A DNA stretch of 64,000 nt from positions 124,001 through 188,000 of the IMG/VR virus record IMGVR_UViG_3300005537_000001. One strand, given 5' to 3'. Positions 26,425 through 36,727 of this stretch are shown one piece after another. Position 1 is the first letter of the stretch. Every line of letters begins with the position of its first letter. The notes beneath the pieces are model-generated. The model was not told the DNA's origin. It was given only the letters and a program-made list of their open reading frames with translations, and did not search any database. A program made the translations under genes and the position numbers.

Positions 26425-26871
26425 ATGAAGCTATTGGAAATCGCAATGCCACTAGAAAAAGCCGGATTTATCCCCTACATATACGAAGATGATAAGCCGC
26501 TTTTCTATTTCATGGTTCCATCAGATTCTAAATTTGGTGGTCCACAGCCAGCCATCGCTAAGGGTCACGTTGATCCCGGTGAGAGCGTAAAGGCGGCAGC
26601 GATTAGGGAAGCATCAGAAGAATTGGGATTGAAATCTTCAAACATAATTCCAGGTACAGTCAAGCTGGCGTGGAAAGGTAAGATTGAAGGCAATAAGTCG
26701 GCCTATGTCATGACGGTCTACATCGGTGAAATTCGCAAGAAGAAAGATTTTTCAGAACCGTGTAGTGAAACCGGTTCTACGCATTGGATGACCGCGCGGC
26801 AGTTTGAAGCTGAAGGACGAAAATCACAGGTTAAAATCGTTCAGGCGGCGCGTCGTTTACTTTCGCATTGA
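26425..26871 (+). CDS. NUDIX hydrolase
   Basis: KGHVDPGESVKAAAIREASEELG. Confidence 0.9.
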   Translation: MKLLEIAMPLEKAGFIPYIYEDDKPLFYFMVPSDSKFGGPQPAIAKGHVDPGESVKAAAIREASEELGLKSSNIIPGTVKLAWKGKIEGNKSAYVMTVYIGEIRKKKDFSEPCSETGSTHWMTARQFEAEGRKSQVKIVQAARRLLSH

Positions 26872-27220
26872 AGCAGGATATAATACTCAATCACATAGAG
26901 GAAAACTAAGATGGGAGAAGCTAAGCGTAGGGGAACTTTCGAACACCGCCGGCAAGAAGCCGTAGTTCGGGATGAGCGCGTTAGGGCGGAAGCTGATCGC
27001 CTTTTCAAGCAGTGGAAGGCCAAGCAGGAACCGAAGTCAGTTACCCCGCAGGGTGAAACCCTAGTTGTCGGATAATGAATCCAGTTCAGAAGAAAAAGCG
27101 AGATGGACTTCTCGCAACTCAAGTAATCTCTTCATCTAAAGCGAAGAAACACGCAGCGCGCCCCACCCAGCAGACCAAGCGCGTTAACATCAGCCATCTA
27201 CTTATACCGCGGACTAAGCA

Positions 27221-27766
27221 ATGAGAAGAACGTTCGATCCAGCTGTAAACACGATCTACGTAGATTTGGACGGCGTGCTCGCAGATTTCGATAAGTTTGT
27301 TCTCGAAAACGTTGGTAGAACATTCCAACACCAGGTTAAAAACCTCGCGCAGGAAGATGCTGAAATGTGGAATTTCCTCAAGGGAGTGCCACAGCTGTAC
27401 CTCAACCTAGAACCCACCGCGTACGCCCACCAGCTTTGGAATCACATAATGTCATTCGGCGCCAACGTAGAAATCCTCACTGCGATTCCGCGCCGCACGT
27501 TTATCACCGAGGCTGAACAGAATAAGCGAGATTGGGTTGCCCGTCACATTGATCCGAGAGTGAAGGTCAACATCGGTCCATTCTCCGCCGACAAGTGGAA
27601 GTTTGCAAAGCCAGCTGACATTCTGATTGATGATCGATCTGACAACATTCAGCAGTGGATAAATGATGGGTTTGGCATCGGTCTACTTCACTACTACACC
27701 AATCATGAAAATACGATCACTAAGCTCACCGACATAGTGACCGAGCGAAACCGACTTCACGGTTAA
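27221..27766 (+). CDS. 5'(3')-deoxyribonucleotidase (HAD)
   Basis: YVDLDGVLADF, ILTA, LIDDR. Confidence 0.85.
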   Translation: MRRTFDPAVNTIYVDLDGVLADFDKFVLENVGRTFQHQVKNLAQEDAEMWNFLKGVPQLYLNLEPTAYAHQLWNHIMSFGANVEILTAIPRRTFITEAEQNKRDWVARHIDPRVKVNIGPFSADKWKFAKPADILIDDRSDNIQQWINDGFGIGLLHYYTNHENTITKLTDIVTERNRLHG

Positions 27767-27834
27767 ACTCAACCTCCATCGGCGATCTGATAAATAGATC
27801 AATCAGTCGTACTCTCAAGTTTGGAGATTATCAA

Positions 27835-28560
27835 ATGAAGCTTAACGAACTTATGGACCTGGATTCCATGAAGGGACAAGTAGACCCAGCTGAAATGCGC
27901 CGCCGCATCGTCAAGGGTGGAAATGATCCATTTGGTAAGATAGCTAAGTCATCCAAGAAGGATGACAAGAACAAGAAAGCTGACATCAAAAATGAGAGCT
28001 ATGAGGACGACCTCGTAGAAGGTAAATCAGATCCTCAAGCAAGGGCATATGCCGCTCTTGAACGAAAGGTTCGCCCTTTCGTAACTGCGATGCTCAAGAA
28101 AAATGAACGCATGAGCGATGCCGCGCTTAACCGCAAGATTAAGGCGTGGTTGACCGAAAAGGGAATTGATAAAAAGGATCACAGTGAAGCCCACGGCATC
28201 ATCATCGACATGCTTGGTGACGCCCGCGAGATGGGCCAAACTACGATTAAGGAAGGTAGTCAGATAAATGGCAAGGTGCGGGGCAACGTTGCGGTGCTTT
28301 GGAATATATCTGCTGGCGAGTATCCACACAGTCAAATAGGTATGGAAGAGGAAGAAGTTTCGAAGTACAAGAAGGATCTTCCAGCCGACGTTTGGAAAAA
28401 ATATGAGCATGCTTGTTCAGGTAGCACGTGTGAACCTCTTACCGTGTATCATCGCCACGGCACCGACAAGCAAGAAATCGTTGATCATCTAGTGCAGCTT
28501 GCTAAAAAGTTTAAGGGTGGAGAAAATGATCGGCCACCGCACGATGTAACTTTTGGATAG
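27835..28560 (+). CDS. Probable virion internal protein (ends TAG, in frame with next gene)
   Basis: MKLNEL; LVE/IKE sites; late-type promoter. Confidence 0.7.
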   Translation: MKLNELMDLDSMKGQVDPAEMRRRIVKGGNDPFGKIAKSSKKDDKNKKADIKNESYEDDLVEGKSDPQARAYAALERKVRPFVTAMLKKNERMSDAALNRKIKAWLTEKGIDKKDHSEAHGIIIDMLGDAREMGQTTIKEGSQINGKVRGNVAVLWNISAGEYPHSQIGMEEEEVSKYKKDLPADVWKKYEHACSGSTCEPLTVYHRHGTDKQEIVDHLVQLAKKFKGGENDRPPHDVTFG

Positions 28561-28563
28561 CCC

Positions 28564-29238
28564 ATGAAGGTTAACGAGCTTCTCGAAGCAAAGATCGATA
28601 AGCCATTCGGTAACGCAAACAGCAAGCCGATTTATCATCCAGAGACAGGCCATCTCCGCGGGTCAACGCGTGATTGGTTGACGCTCGGTGATGCAACTCT
28701 TGCCGACGTTCAAAAGGCGATACCAATCATCAAGCAATCTGATATTTTCAAGCAAGCTGAAAACATCGGGTTGAAATACGAGGGTAAGCCAACGCGCGAG
28801 CGCAATGGCTCACTGTACTTTGCTCGGCAGATGCCGCTCAAAAAGCTAAACATTAGCAAGGATAAGGACTCAATCATAAAGGCAGCTTTGAAGGCCTTGA
28901 AGGCTGGAGATCAATCTAAAGCTAGACAGATAGTAGATGCTGCCAGAATCGATGGTTTAGATTTCCCAGAATTTAAATCCATCGACAAAAGCCTCGGCGA
29001 CACCCCAGCTTCAAATTCATACTACATAGTTTATCCAAATGGTCAGGTTCGAGTATCATCAGATGGAGCGCATTATTACGCGCTTATCAAATCGCCAAAA
29101 CCAAGAATGGTTGTTGGTGATCCGGTAAAATCAATAGTGAAAACTTACGCGCAGGCGATCGAAAGAATGATCGACGTGTGGAAGAAATCAAGAGAGCGAA
29201 AAGAACCATACTATATGCGCGGTGCGCCTCGACCCTAA
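28564..29238 (+). CDS. Probable virion internal protein (paralog of 20543-21205)
   Basis: MKVNELLEA. Confidence 0.75.
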   Translation: MKVNELLEAKIDKPFGNANSKPIYHPETGHLRGSTRDWLTLGDATLADVQKAIPIIKQSDIFKQAENIGLKYEGKPTRERNGSLYFARQMPLKKLNISKDKDSIIKAALKALKAGDQSKARQIVDAARIDGLDFPEFKSIDKSLGDTPASNSYYIVYPNGQVRVSSDGAHYYALIKSPKPRMVVGDPVKSIVKTYAQAIERMIDVWKKSRERKEPYYMRGAPRP

Positions 29239-29279
29239 TCACGGGTTCAATAAATAAGTAATTCTTCAAGGAGATTAAC

Positions 29280-29576
29280 ATGTTCAACTTCGTTACACCA
29301 GTTCTTTCATTTATGTTTGACAGCCTATTCAACGCACACACCTACGCCGGTATATTTCTCGGCGCCGTCTTTTCCCCACTCTGGGTAAAGATTTGGGCAT
29401 TCGTCTCAGCAAAAGTTGTTAAGATGTTCCCAAAGGCAGCTCCAGTTATAGCTGAAGTAGACAACGTAGCGTCAGATGTCGTTAAGGTAATTACTCCAGT
29501 AGCCAATCAAGTTGACGCTGTAGTAACACCGGCCAAGGTAATTCCAGCTGGTCCAGTTACAAAGGCATCTAAGTAA
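29280..29576 (+). CDS. Small membrane protein
   Basis: Hydrophobic N-half; AGGAG SD. Confidence 0.65.
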   Translation: MFNFVTPVLSFMFDSLFNAHTYAGIFLGAVFSPLWVKIWAFVSAKVVKMFPKAAPVIAEVDNVASDVVKVITPVANQVDAVVTPAKVIPAGPVTKASK

Positions 29577-29598
29577 GGAGTCCCTTACAAATCAAATC

Positions 29599-29628
29599 AA
29601 GGGACTCCAACGTTGGAGTCCCTTTTTA
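29599..29628 (+). terminator. Intrinsic terminator with an upstream competing strand
   Basis: AAGGGACTCCAA-CG-TTGGAGTCCCTT-TTT. Confidence 0.8.
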
Positions 29629-29902
29629 GTTTCTTGAAGATGAACGACGCAATCGTAAATAGCTAGTGACCTGATTGGTTTACTTATGCAGGTCCGCATG
29701 ATATAATCACACCAGATCCAGGATCTGGCGAGGAGACGAAAATGTCGGTCACACTGGATCTGATTAATGGAATAAGCGTGGGTTTGGAATATCTTTCCGC
29801 TAATGAAGAACACGAGAATACCATCATCGTGGATCTCTTGGTAATAAGACTACTGATACAGTGGTAAGATGATTAGAATGGTATGACATAAGGAATAATG
29901 GC

Positions 29903-30475
29903 ATGGCACTAATATTGCAGCTTGACAACACCGGTCAACCTAACAAGTGGATAACGTGGCAAACGGCCGTAACCTATCACGCGAAGAATCTGGTAGCTTG
30001 GGAACTCGGTGAGGTAGAAACGGTGGTGCGCGGTGGAACCAGCGCGCAAACTGGCGAACGCACCGTAGTCGTTACATCCTCAATCATGGCCGTCAAGGGC
30101 AGCGTTGGCAAGCGAAAGCACCGTCCGCCAGCTCTAAACAACCGTGAGCTATTCCGGCGCGATCGCCATCTCTGCGGATACTGTGGCAACCAGTTCAGCG
30201 ACTCCAAGCTGACGCGCGACCACATCATTCCGAAGGCCCAAGATGGTAAGGACACGTGGATGAATGTTGTGTCGTGCTGCGCGCGCTGTAACCAGCGCAA
30301 GGACAACAAAACTCCGCAAGAAGCCGGCATGCAACTGCTCTTCACGCCGTACGTTCCATCACGCGCGGAGCATTTGATTCTCGCGAATCGAAACATCCTC
30401 GCTGATCAAATGGAATTTTTGCTATCCTTCGTTGATGAAAAGTCACGTCTTCGAGCGCAGCTAACCAAGCAATGA
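29903..30475 (+). CDS. HNH endonuclease (McrA-like)
   Basis: RDRHLCGYCG..TRDHIIP..WMNVVSCCARCNQRK. Confidence 0.9.
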   Translation: MALILQLDNTGQPNKWITWQTAVTYHAKNLVAWELGEVETVVRGGTSAQTGERTVVVTSSIMAVKGSVGKRKHRPPALNNRELFRRDRHLCGYCGNQFSDSKLTRDHIIPKAQDGKDTWMNVVSCCARCNQRKDNKTPQEAGMQLLFTPYVPSRAEHLILANRNILADQMEFLLSFVDEKSRLRAQLTKQ

Positions 30476-30622
30476 TCTGTCCGGATTGTAAGGTGGAGAT
30501 GCGGTTGAGTCAATCTTACCGTGAGCCAGCTCCAGTAACCTTTTATTGGGTCTGCGAGAATGGTAATTGCTCAAATGAAATCCTCTACCACCTAGACGGC
30601 AGTCCATCAACATCCGCTCTTT

Positions 30623-31186
30623 TTGGAGAAAATTGTGAGCGATAAAAAACTAGAACCTAAGCTTGAACGAATGTTGATGTTTCAAACGGTCGGTAAGCTA
30701 GTAATAGGTGCTGTCGCATCAGCTTCATCGGTCTATCTATGCGGTAGCACGCTCGGGTGGACCATTATGTCAATGGTTGCAGCTGGAATTTTAACTTGGT
30801 TTCTGATGAAGCTCGGAATTATCATGGTCACCATATTTTTCCAGCTTGTATTTTACCGCGGCGACTACGCTGCCCTTCTTGCCGACGCGAACAAGGCGCA
30901 AGAAATTCTCAACAGGCGCTCTGACGTAATCATCAAGCGCGTTGGTGGGTCAATACCGACCGCGGAAATTATCAAAACCGATGAAAAATCGATTGGCTCA
31001 TTCGATGGAACAGCATTTTACGAGTGGGTTGAGCTACTCGGTAAGGATGGTAAAAACTATCGCTTCAACTACTATGGCACCGACGCTTCTCGCGCGCCCA
31101 AGAGGAGACCAATCCCAGAAGATTGCATCTACATCGCGCCTGGAATACTTTATCAGGTTGCTCCTGAGATAAATACCTCCGCATAA
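30623..31186 (+). CDS. Membrane protein
   Basis: Two hydrophobic segments. Confidence 0.65.
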   Translation: MEKIVSDKKLEPKLERMLMFQTVGKLVIGAVASASSVYLCGSTLGWTIMSMVAAGILTWFLMKLGIIMVTIFFQLVFYRGDYAALLADANKAQEILNRRSDVIIKRVGGSIPTAEIIKTDEKSIGSFDGTAFYEWVELLGKDGKNYRFNYYGTDASRAPKRRPIPEDCIYIAPGILYQVAPEINTSA

Positions 31187-31241
31187 TTTCGGAAAATAAA
31201 TTGTACTTTTGCCCTACGGCATGTTACAATTTCCGAGTTAA

Positions 31242-31321
31242 AGAGTTCAACGGAACCGGAGTTAATTGGTTATCTTGCATTACCCGATTAACAATCATTT
31301 GTTTCACTCCATTTGAATTCT
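31242..31321 (+). ncRNA. Mini Y-RNA-like RNA upstream of Ro60
   Basis: GAGTTCAA/TTGAATTC; GGAAC-C-GG/TT-GTTTC bulged helix; GTTAATTGG/CCGATTAAC; early promoter 31201-31230. Confidence 0.65.
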
Positions 31322-31328
31322 CGCAGTT

Positions 31329-31718
31329 AAAATTTCTTTGCTCAACGTGATCACCAAAGTTCCTCCACCGGAGCAGCTTGGTTAACAATCATGTACGTTA
31401 GTGGATGGGTGTTGTTACCCCTGCAGGGTTCAGCACGCGCAAACGGTGTCAAGGCTGTTCCACCAAATTCTTGAATGGTTGCTGGTTAGAGAAAATCAGA
31501 TAGTGCTGACTGACCGTCAGATAGTTGCTGGTTAGAATGACCAGATAGATTACCGCATAGTCGAATCAAGCGGTGTAGGTAGGCACAATGGGAATAGTCC
31601 CATCGTGTAATTTGTTCGAAACCTTCGGGTTAGACTCATGATTTTCGGATCATGTAAACTATCGAAGTTCCCAACTGCAACATTTGTTGGGGAATTTTGT
31701 TGATCACGTTGAAATTTT
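31329..31718 (+). ncRNA. Giant (~390 nt) Y-RNA-like structured RNA immediately upstream of Ro60
   Basis: TCAACGTGATCA.CAAAGTTCCTC / GGGGAATTTTG.TGATCACGTTGA long-range stem; CAC-C-GGA/TTTGTT helix; GCAG(C)TTGG/CCAACTGC; internal UUCG hairpins. Confidence 0.65.
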
Positions 31719-31758
31719 GCCGTCGCTAGCAACGATAGCCGCTATAGGAGATCATATC

Positions 31759-33393
31759 ATGGCTAAGAAGAACTCAATCTACATCAACACGATGTCTACT
31801 AATCCACGTACGACCGTTACACCACAGACTCAGGCATTGCCTGGTCGTGAAGCCGAAATGGTTGCAAACTCCGCGGGTGGAGTTACGTTCCAACTTGACG
31901 TTTGGGGACAGCTCGATCGCTTCCTAATCCTCGGATCAGATACACCAACGTATTACGCTTCAGCGAAGACGCTCACGAAGCAAAACGGTGCGAACGTTCT
32001 CAAGGCTATCAAGCTTGATGGTACAAAGACCGTTAACCGCATCACCGAAATCTCTCTTGGCGGTCGCGCTCCGAAGAATGATCCTGCCGTGTTCGCCTTG
32101 GCGCTCTGCGCCATTCATGGTGATGAAAACACCGTTAAGGCCGCCTACGCGGCTCTACCGAAGGTTTGCCGAATCGGCACTCACCTGTTTCAGTTCGTCG
32201 CGGCGCTCGATGAAATTGGCAAGTGGAACGCAGCCGCAAAGCGCGGTGTTGCAGCGTGGTACACCGGCCGAGGTGTCGACAAGCTGGCAGTTCAGCTCTT
32301 GAAGTACCAGTCTCGCGATGGCTGGGCGCACCGCGACGTCCTACGGCTCGCGCACGTCAAGCCGGCTAATGATGTTCAGTCTGCCCTGTTCCGCTACGCG
32401 GTTAAGGGCGCCGAGGGACTTGAACCGAACACTGAGGTTCCTCAGCTGCTCGTTGACTTCGAGAAGCTCAAGACCGCCGACGCGAAAACAACGATCAAGT
32501 TGATCGAGTCTAACGACGACATCACTTGGGAAATGATCTCGACCGAGCATCTCAAGGATCCAAAGGTCATGGCCGCGATGATCCCAAACATGGGGCTGAC
32601 CGCTCTTATTCGCAAGCTTGGTCAGCTGACCAGCATCGGCGTCATCAAGCCGTTGTCTTCGGACATGTCGGTCGTTCTCAATAAGCTTACCGACACTGAG
32701 GCCCTAAAGGGTGGTCGCGTTCACCCACTTCAGCTCCTAATCGCGCTGAAGCAATATTCTGTTGGACATGGCTTGAAGGGTAGCTTGGTGTGGAAGCCGG
32801 TGGCGCAGGTTGTTGACGCGTTGAATGATTCGTTCTACGAGGCGTTCAACTTCATCCCAACGACCAATGAGGGTTACCTGTTTGGTCTTGACATCTCCGG
32901 TTCAATGTTCGGTGGTGAGGTATCCGGCGCGCCGGGTATGTATCCAGCCGAAGTATCAGCGGTTATGGCTCTTGCCGTCGCGAAGCGTGAGAACAACTAT
33001 GAGATGTTCGGATTCGACAAGACTCCGAAGCCTTTGAAGATTTCTCCGTCGATGCGCCTGGATACTGTTATTGAGGCGATGAAGAATCTCCGCTGGTCAG
33101 GTGGTGGTACTGACTGCTCGCTGCCGATGCTGTACGCGCTTGATCGTGGATACAGTGGCATATCTGCCTTCGTTACTTTCACCGATAATGAAACATGGGC
33201 CGGCAAAATGCAGCCAGTAGAAGCATTGGCTCGTTACCGTAACAAATACAACCCAGCTGCAAAAATGATTGTCTGCGGTATGACTGGAACCCCATTCACT
33301 ATCGCTGATCCAAAAGATCCGGGGTCACTTGATCTTGTTGGATTTGACAGCTCTTGCCCTCAGTTGATACAGAGCTTTGCCAGCGGGAAATAA
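31759..33393 (+). CDS. rsr: Ro60/TROVE-domain RNA-binding protein (Rsr)
   Basis: NSAGG..F, LDRFLILG, KYQSRDGWAHRDVLRLAH, vWA DISGSM, GGTDC, TDNETW, LDLVGFD. Confidence 0.95.
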   Translation: MAKKNSIYINTMSTNPRTTVTPQTQALPGREAEMVANSAGGVTFQLDVWGQLDRFLILGSDTPTYYASAKTLTKQNGANVLKAIKLDGTKTVNRITEISLGGRAPKNDPAVFALALCAIHGDENTVKAAYAALPKVCRIGTHLFQFVAALDEIGKWNAAAKRGVAAWYTGRGVDKLAVQLLKYQSRDGWAHRDVLRLAHVKPANDVQSALFRYAVKGAEGLEPNTEVPQLLVDFEKLKTADAKTTIKLIESNDDITWEMISTEHLKDPKVMAAMIPNMGLTALIRKLGQLTSIGVIKPLSSDMSVVLNKLTDTEALKGGRVHPLQLLIALKQYSVGHGLKGSLVWKPVAQVVDALNDSFYEAFNFIPTTNEGYLFGLDISGSMFGGEVSGAPGMYPAEVSAVMALAVAKRENNYEMFGFDKTPKPLKISPSMRLDTVIEAMKNLRWSGGGTDCSLPMLYALDRGYSGISAFVTFTDNETWAGKMQPVEALARYRNKYNPAAKMIVCGMTGTPFTIADPKDPGSLDLVGFDSSCPQLIQSFASGK

Positions 33394-33456
33394 GTTCCTC
33401 TAACGTAATGCTGCAGCTCGAGCCTTTAGAATTATTGGCTCGAGCTGGCAGCATCT

Positions 33457-34122
33457 TTAGATTGCATATATATGCCCGACTATGTAAGGTGGGACACTAT
33501 TTAGGAATCCGTAAACTACGGAATATTGATGATCGATCTGATAAGGATCATTTGAATATCCGTATCCTCCTCTCTTTTCAAAATTTTCTAGTAGGTGTAG
33601 TGGTTGTCGATTAGTAACTTTGTCTACTTGATATTGATATTTTTGAAAATCGCTCTTGCCCTCTAAACCAGCGTAAACCCCAAAACGCGTAATGGCAGTG
33701 TTGATAGCGGCGCGAACGAATAGATCATTGCCATTTTCATCAATCGTGTTTCTCTTTGTTTCAACTGTTTTTGCTATCCCTTTGTAAGAGCCATCTGGTA
33801 ATCGTCGTGATGAAGCAACGGCCAACATATTCTTCTGAAACCCGGTTAACCCATTTTCATCTTTAACACTCATAGTGGCTCTTCGTTTATCCATAAGCAG
33901 TTGTCTTCGTGTTTTACCATCAACAGCTTCATTCATGGTTATATTCGCCTTTGCTGCGCCTAGTTTTCCAGTACCGCGTAATATTTTTGTTTTTCCAGCT
34001 TTACGAGCTGCGATAATAGACTTTCTTAATCCTGTAACTGGATCTATTTCTTGCGCTCTTCTGAGCGCAGCCAATGAATAATTTCTTCGTTTGATTTCTG
34101 GATCAACGGGAATGTATGCCAT
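33457..34122 (-). pseudogene. HNH homing endonuclease frameshifted at an (AT)n run
   Basis: YQIDH...GHI; deleting one AT at about 33466-33473 restores CNLKMLPARANNSKG..CSITLEEL. Confidence 0.65.
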
Positions 34123-34486
34123 TTGGTCATTTTCTCCTGTGCGATATCCTGTTATTTATTGGAAAATCATGGTTATGACAGATATTGAGTTAGCTTATAA
34201 ATAGATAATCTCAAAATGGGAGGTTTCATGTTTAAGATGCTATCTAACCTAGCAAAGGCGGCAGTGTCTGTAGCTGTAACGCCAGTGATGCTAGTTGCGG
34301 ATGTAGTGACTATTCCGGATTCTGCCATGAACAACACGGCACCATTCAAGCGCACGGCAGACATGCTCCAAAATGCAGGTGAGTGCATCGATAGAGCCGT
34401 AACACCGGAATAATCTGATTCGATTGTACTTCTAGGTGGGGGTGAGTTAAGATAACTCATCCCTCTTGCCTTGATAAGAAAATAAC

Positions 34487-35236
34487 ATGATCAATCACCC
34501 GTATTATCCCAATGGAAATGTTTACCTCTCCGGGGGTATGCAATTTGCCGCAGATCTTGGAGCTGGTTGGAGAGAAGTTTGCTCAAAGCGACTTCGAATT
34601 CTCGGGTTTAATCCAATCGACATCGCCGCCCTTGACATCGCGTATTCTGACGCTCATGGGCACCTCTACCGAAATCTGGTGTCTAGCGAGGAACTTCTAC
34701 TTCGCAAGTCAAACATTCGAAAGCACTTCATCGACGCGGACATCAAGCTTGTTCGAAATGATTCCGACGCGGTAATCATTCTGTACGACGAAAGCGTTCG
34801 TAAGGGAGCTGGAACAACCAGTGAAGTGCATGAAGCGTTTATGCAGGACATTCCTGTCTATCTCATCAACACGTACAAGGACATCGCCGAAGTCCCTGGC
34901 TGGATGCAAGCTGAAACTACGATCATCTTCAATGAATTTGAAGAGCTATATTCATATCTTGGTGGTTTGCCAAAGGGCATCCTCAAGCGCGATGAGTATG
35001 GAAACCGCCGCTCCGGCAACTATTACCTTTGTTCGCTCTGCGGTAATGTAGAGGAAAAGAAGAAGACTCACTACGTGTCCTTGGTTCGCCCATCGTACTG
35101 CAAGAAGTGCGTGGAAACGGTAAAGTATACCCACGAAGCTAACTTTGATCGCTATATGTTCTTCAAAGCTTCTCTCGAACGCGCTGAGCCACATCACGCG
35201 GTCGATTACATGATCCCACAAAACCAGAGCAAATAA
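34487..35236 (+). CDS. Nucleoside 2-deoxyribosyltransferase-like protein with Zn finger
   Basis: VYLSGGM..WRE, D..V..SD.VI, GAGTTSE; CxxC..CxxC. Confidence 0.7.
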   Translation: MINHPYYPNGNVYLSGGMQFAADLGAGWREVCSKRLRILGFNPIDIAALDIAYSDAHGHLYRNLVSSEELLLRKSNIRKHFIDADIKLVRNDSDAVIILYDESVRKGAGTTSEVHEAFMQDIPVYLINTYKDIAEVPGWMQAETTIIFNEFEELYSYLGGLPKGILKRDEYGNRRSGNYYLCSLCGNVEEKKKTHYVSLVRPSYCKKCVETVKYTHEANFDRYMFFKASLERAEPHHAVDYMIPQNQSK

Positions 35237-35548
35237 ATGCCATACATAACCCAAGAACAGCGCAGGGAGTTAGACGCTGAAATTCTCTCCCTAGCTGAGA
35301 AGATTAAGAACAATCACAACCATACTCATGCTCGCAATGGTGAGATGAATTACACCATCTCCCGCTTGATTCGTGAAGTTTACGGCCCAAAGCGTATTCC
35401 AGATCCAGGTGCTCAAGGTACGTGGCGCTATGCCGACATCAACGACGTTGTTGGTATGCTGGCGTGCGCCAACATGGAATTCTACCGCAAGGTTGCTGCA
35501 CCATACGAGGACATCAAGGAAGAGCAGAATGGTATCGTCTATGACTGA
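35237..35548 (+). CDS. Conserved phage protein often found near nucleotide-metabolism genes
   Basis: MPYI...GEMNY...EFYRK..APYED.K..NG. Confidence 0.65.
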   Translation: MPYITQEQRRELDAEILSLAEKIKNNHNHTHARNGEMNYTISRLIREVYGPKRIPDPGAQGTWRYADINDVVGMLACANMEFYRKVAAPYEDIKEEQNGIVYD

Positions 35549-36086
35549 AACTCACGATCACGTATGGGTTGAAATGAGTTGGCAGGAAGCTTATCCAGCT
35601 ATACACGGTATCAAGTGTTCAGTTCCGGGTTGCAACGTTGAGCGCTTAGGTTGGTTTGCCAGGGCTGATCGCACCGTAAGTTCAGACGCTTCCGAATTCG
35701 CAGGAGATACCGGCTGATGGATGAATTCACCTATACGGATGATAACGCGTATTTTCTACCAACTGGTGATATAGTTCCAAAGGTGTGCCCGTATTGCAAG
35801 TGTGAAGTAGCAAAGCCAAAATCTGCTGAAGATTTTCTAGACACCCACAGTGATTGTTTTCCATGCTAGACGAATTTGTAAAGCGGGTTAGAATTTGTGA
35901 CGCGTTAGAGCGGGCACGTAGGAATATTACCATCACGCATTTTGCCGATACATCTTTTGATGGTGAGTATGGTGATTCCTTTATTCCAATTTGCACCGGG
36001 CGGCCGCTGAAGTTTCAGAACGCCAGTTACATTAGAAGCAAGGTAAATTGCAAGCGCTGTCTCGCAAAAATAAGATGTGGATTTTG

Positions 36087-36614
36087 ATGACCGACATCTA
36101 CATAGTTGCAGCCGTAGCCCTTAACGGCGTCATCGGCAGCTCGAGCACCAACAAGATGCCATGGCATCTTCCGCAAGATCTAGAAAACTTCAAGGCCGTT
36201 ACCATGGGTAAAACCGTAGTGATGGGCCGGAAAACATTTGAGAGCATCGGTGGAGCTCTTCCTGGTCGGCGCAATGTGGTCATTACCAGCAGCCAGCGCT
36301 TTCGTTGGGCAAACAAGGTAACAACCTACGAGAGCGTATCAGAAGCTTTCAAGAAAGAAAAGCACGATTTATACGTTATCGGTGGCCAGAAAATTTTTGA
36401 AGAAGCTATGACGCTTATCCCCAAGAAATTTTTCATAACAGTTGTACTTGCTAAGCCAGAAGGTGATATAATTTTTCCTAGCGACGGTTATAGCTTTCTC
36501 AGCCGCTTCTACATGCCGAAAAACAGCTTCATTCTCTATCACCAGCTTAACGAACCCAAGTGGATAGAAGAAAATGGATTCAAATACCAAATCAACGAAT
36601 ATGAACGAAATTAG
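36087..36614 (+). CDS. folA: Dihydrofolate reductase
   Basis: NGVIG..MPWHLPQDLENFK, MGRKTFESIG..LPGRRNVV, VIGG. Confidence 0.92.
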   Translation: MTDIYIVAAVALNGVIGSSSTNKMPWHLPQDLENFKAVTMGKTVVMGRKTFESIGGALPGRRNVVITSSQRFRWANKVTTYESVSEAFKKEKHDLYVIGGQKIFEEAMTLIPKKFFITVVLAKPEGDIIFPSDGYSFLSRFYMPKNSFILYHQLNEPKWIEENGFKYQINEYERN

Positions 36615-36727
36615 GCTCTTGTTACTCTAACCCCTTTATAAAATGAATCAAACTTGCAAATTGCACGATTGTAAAGTGTTGAGTACTTATAACCATTTTT
36701 CTCATGATTAATTCTGATAACATTACA

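Noticed and set aside
31684-31758. TTG-initiated N-terminal extension of Ro60
   Set aside because: It overlaps the 3' stem of the giant RNA; the AGGAG SD points to ATG 31759.
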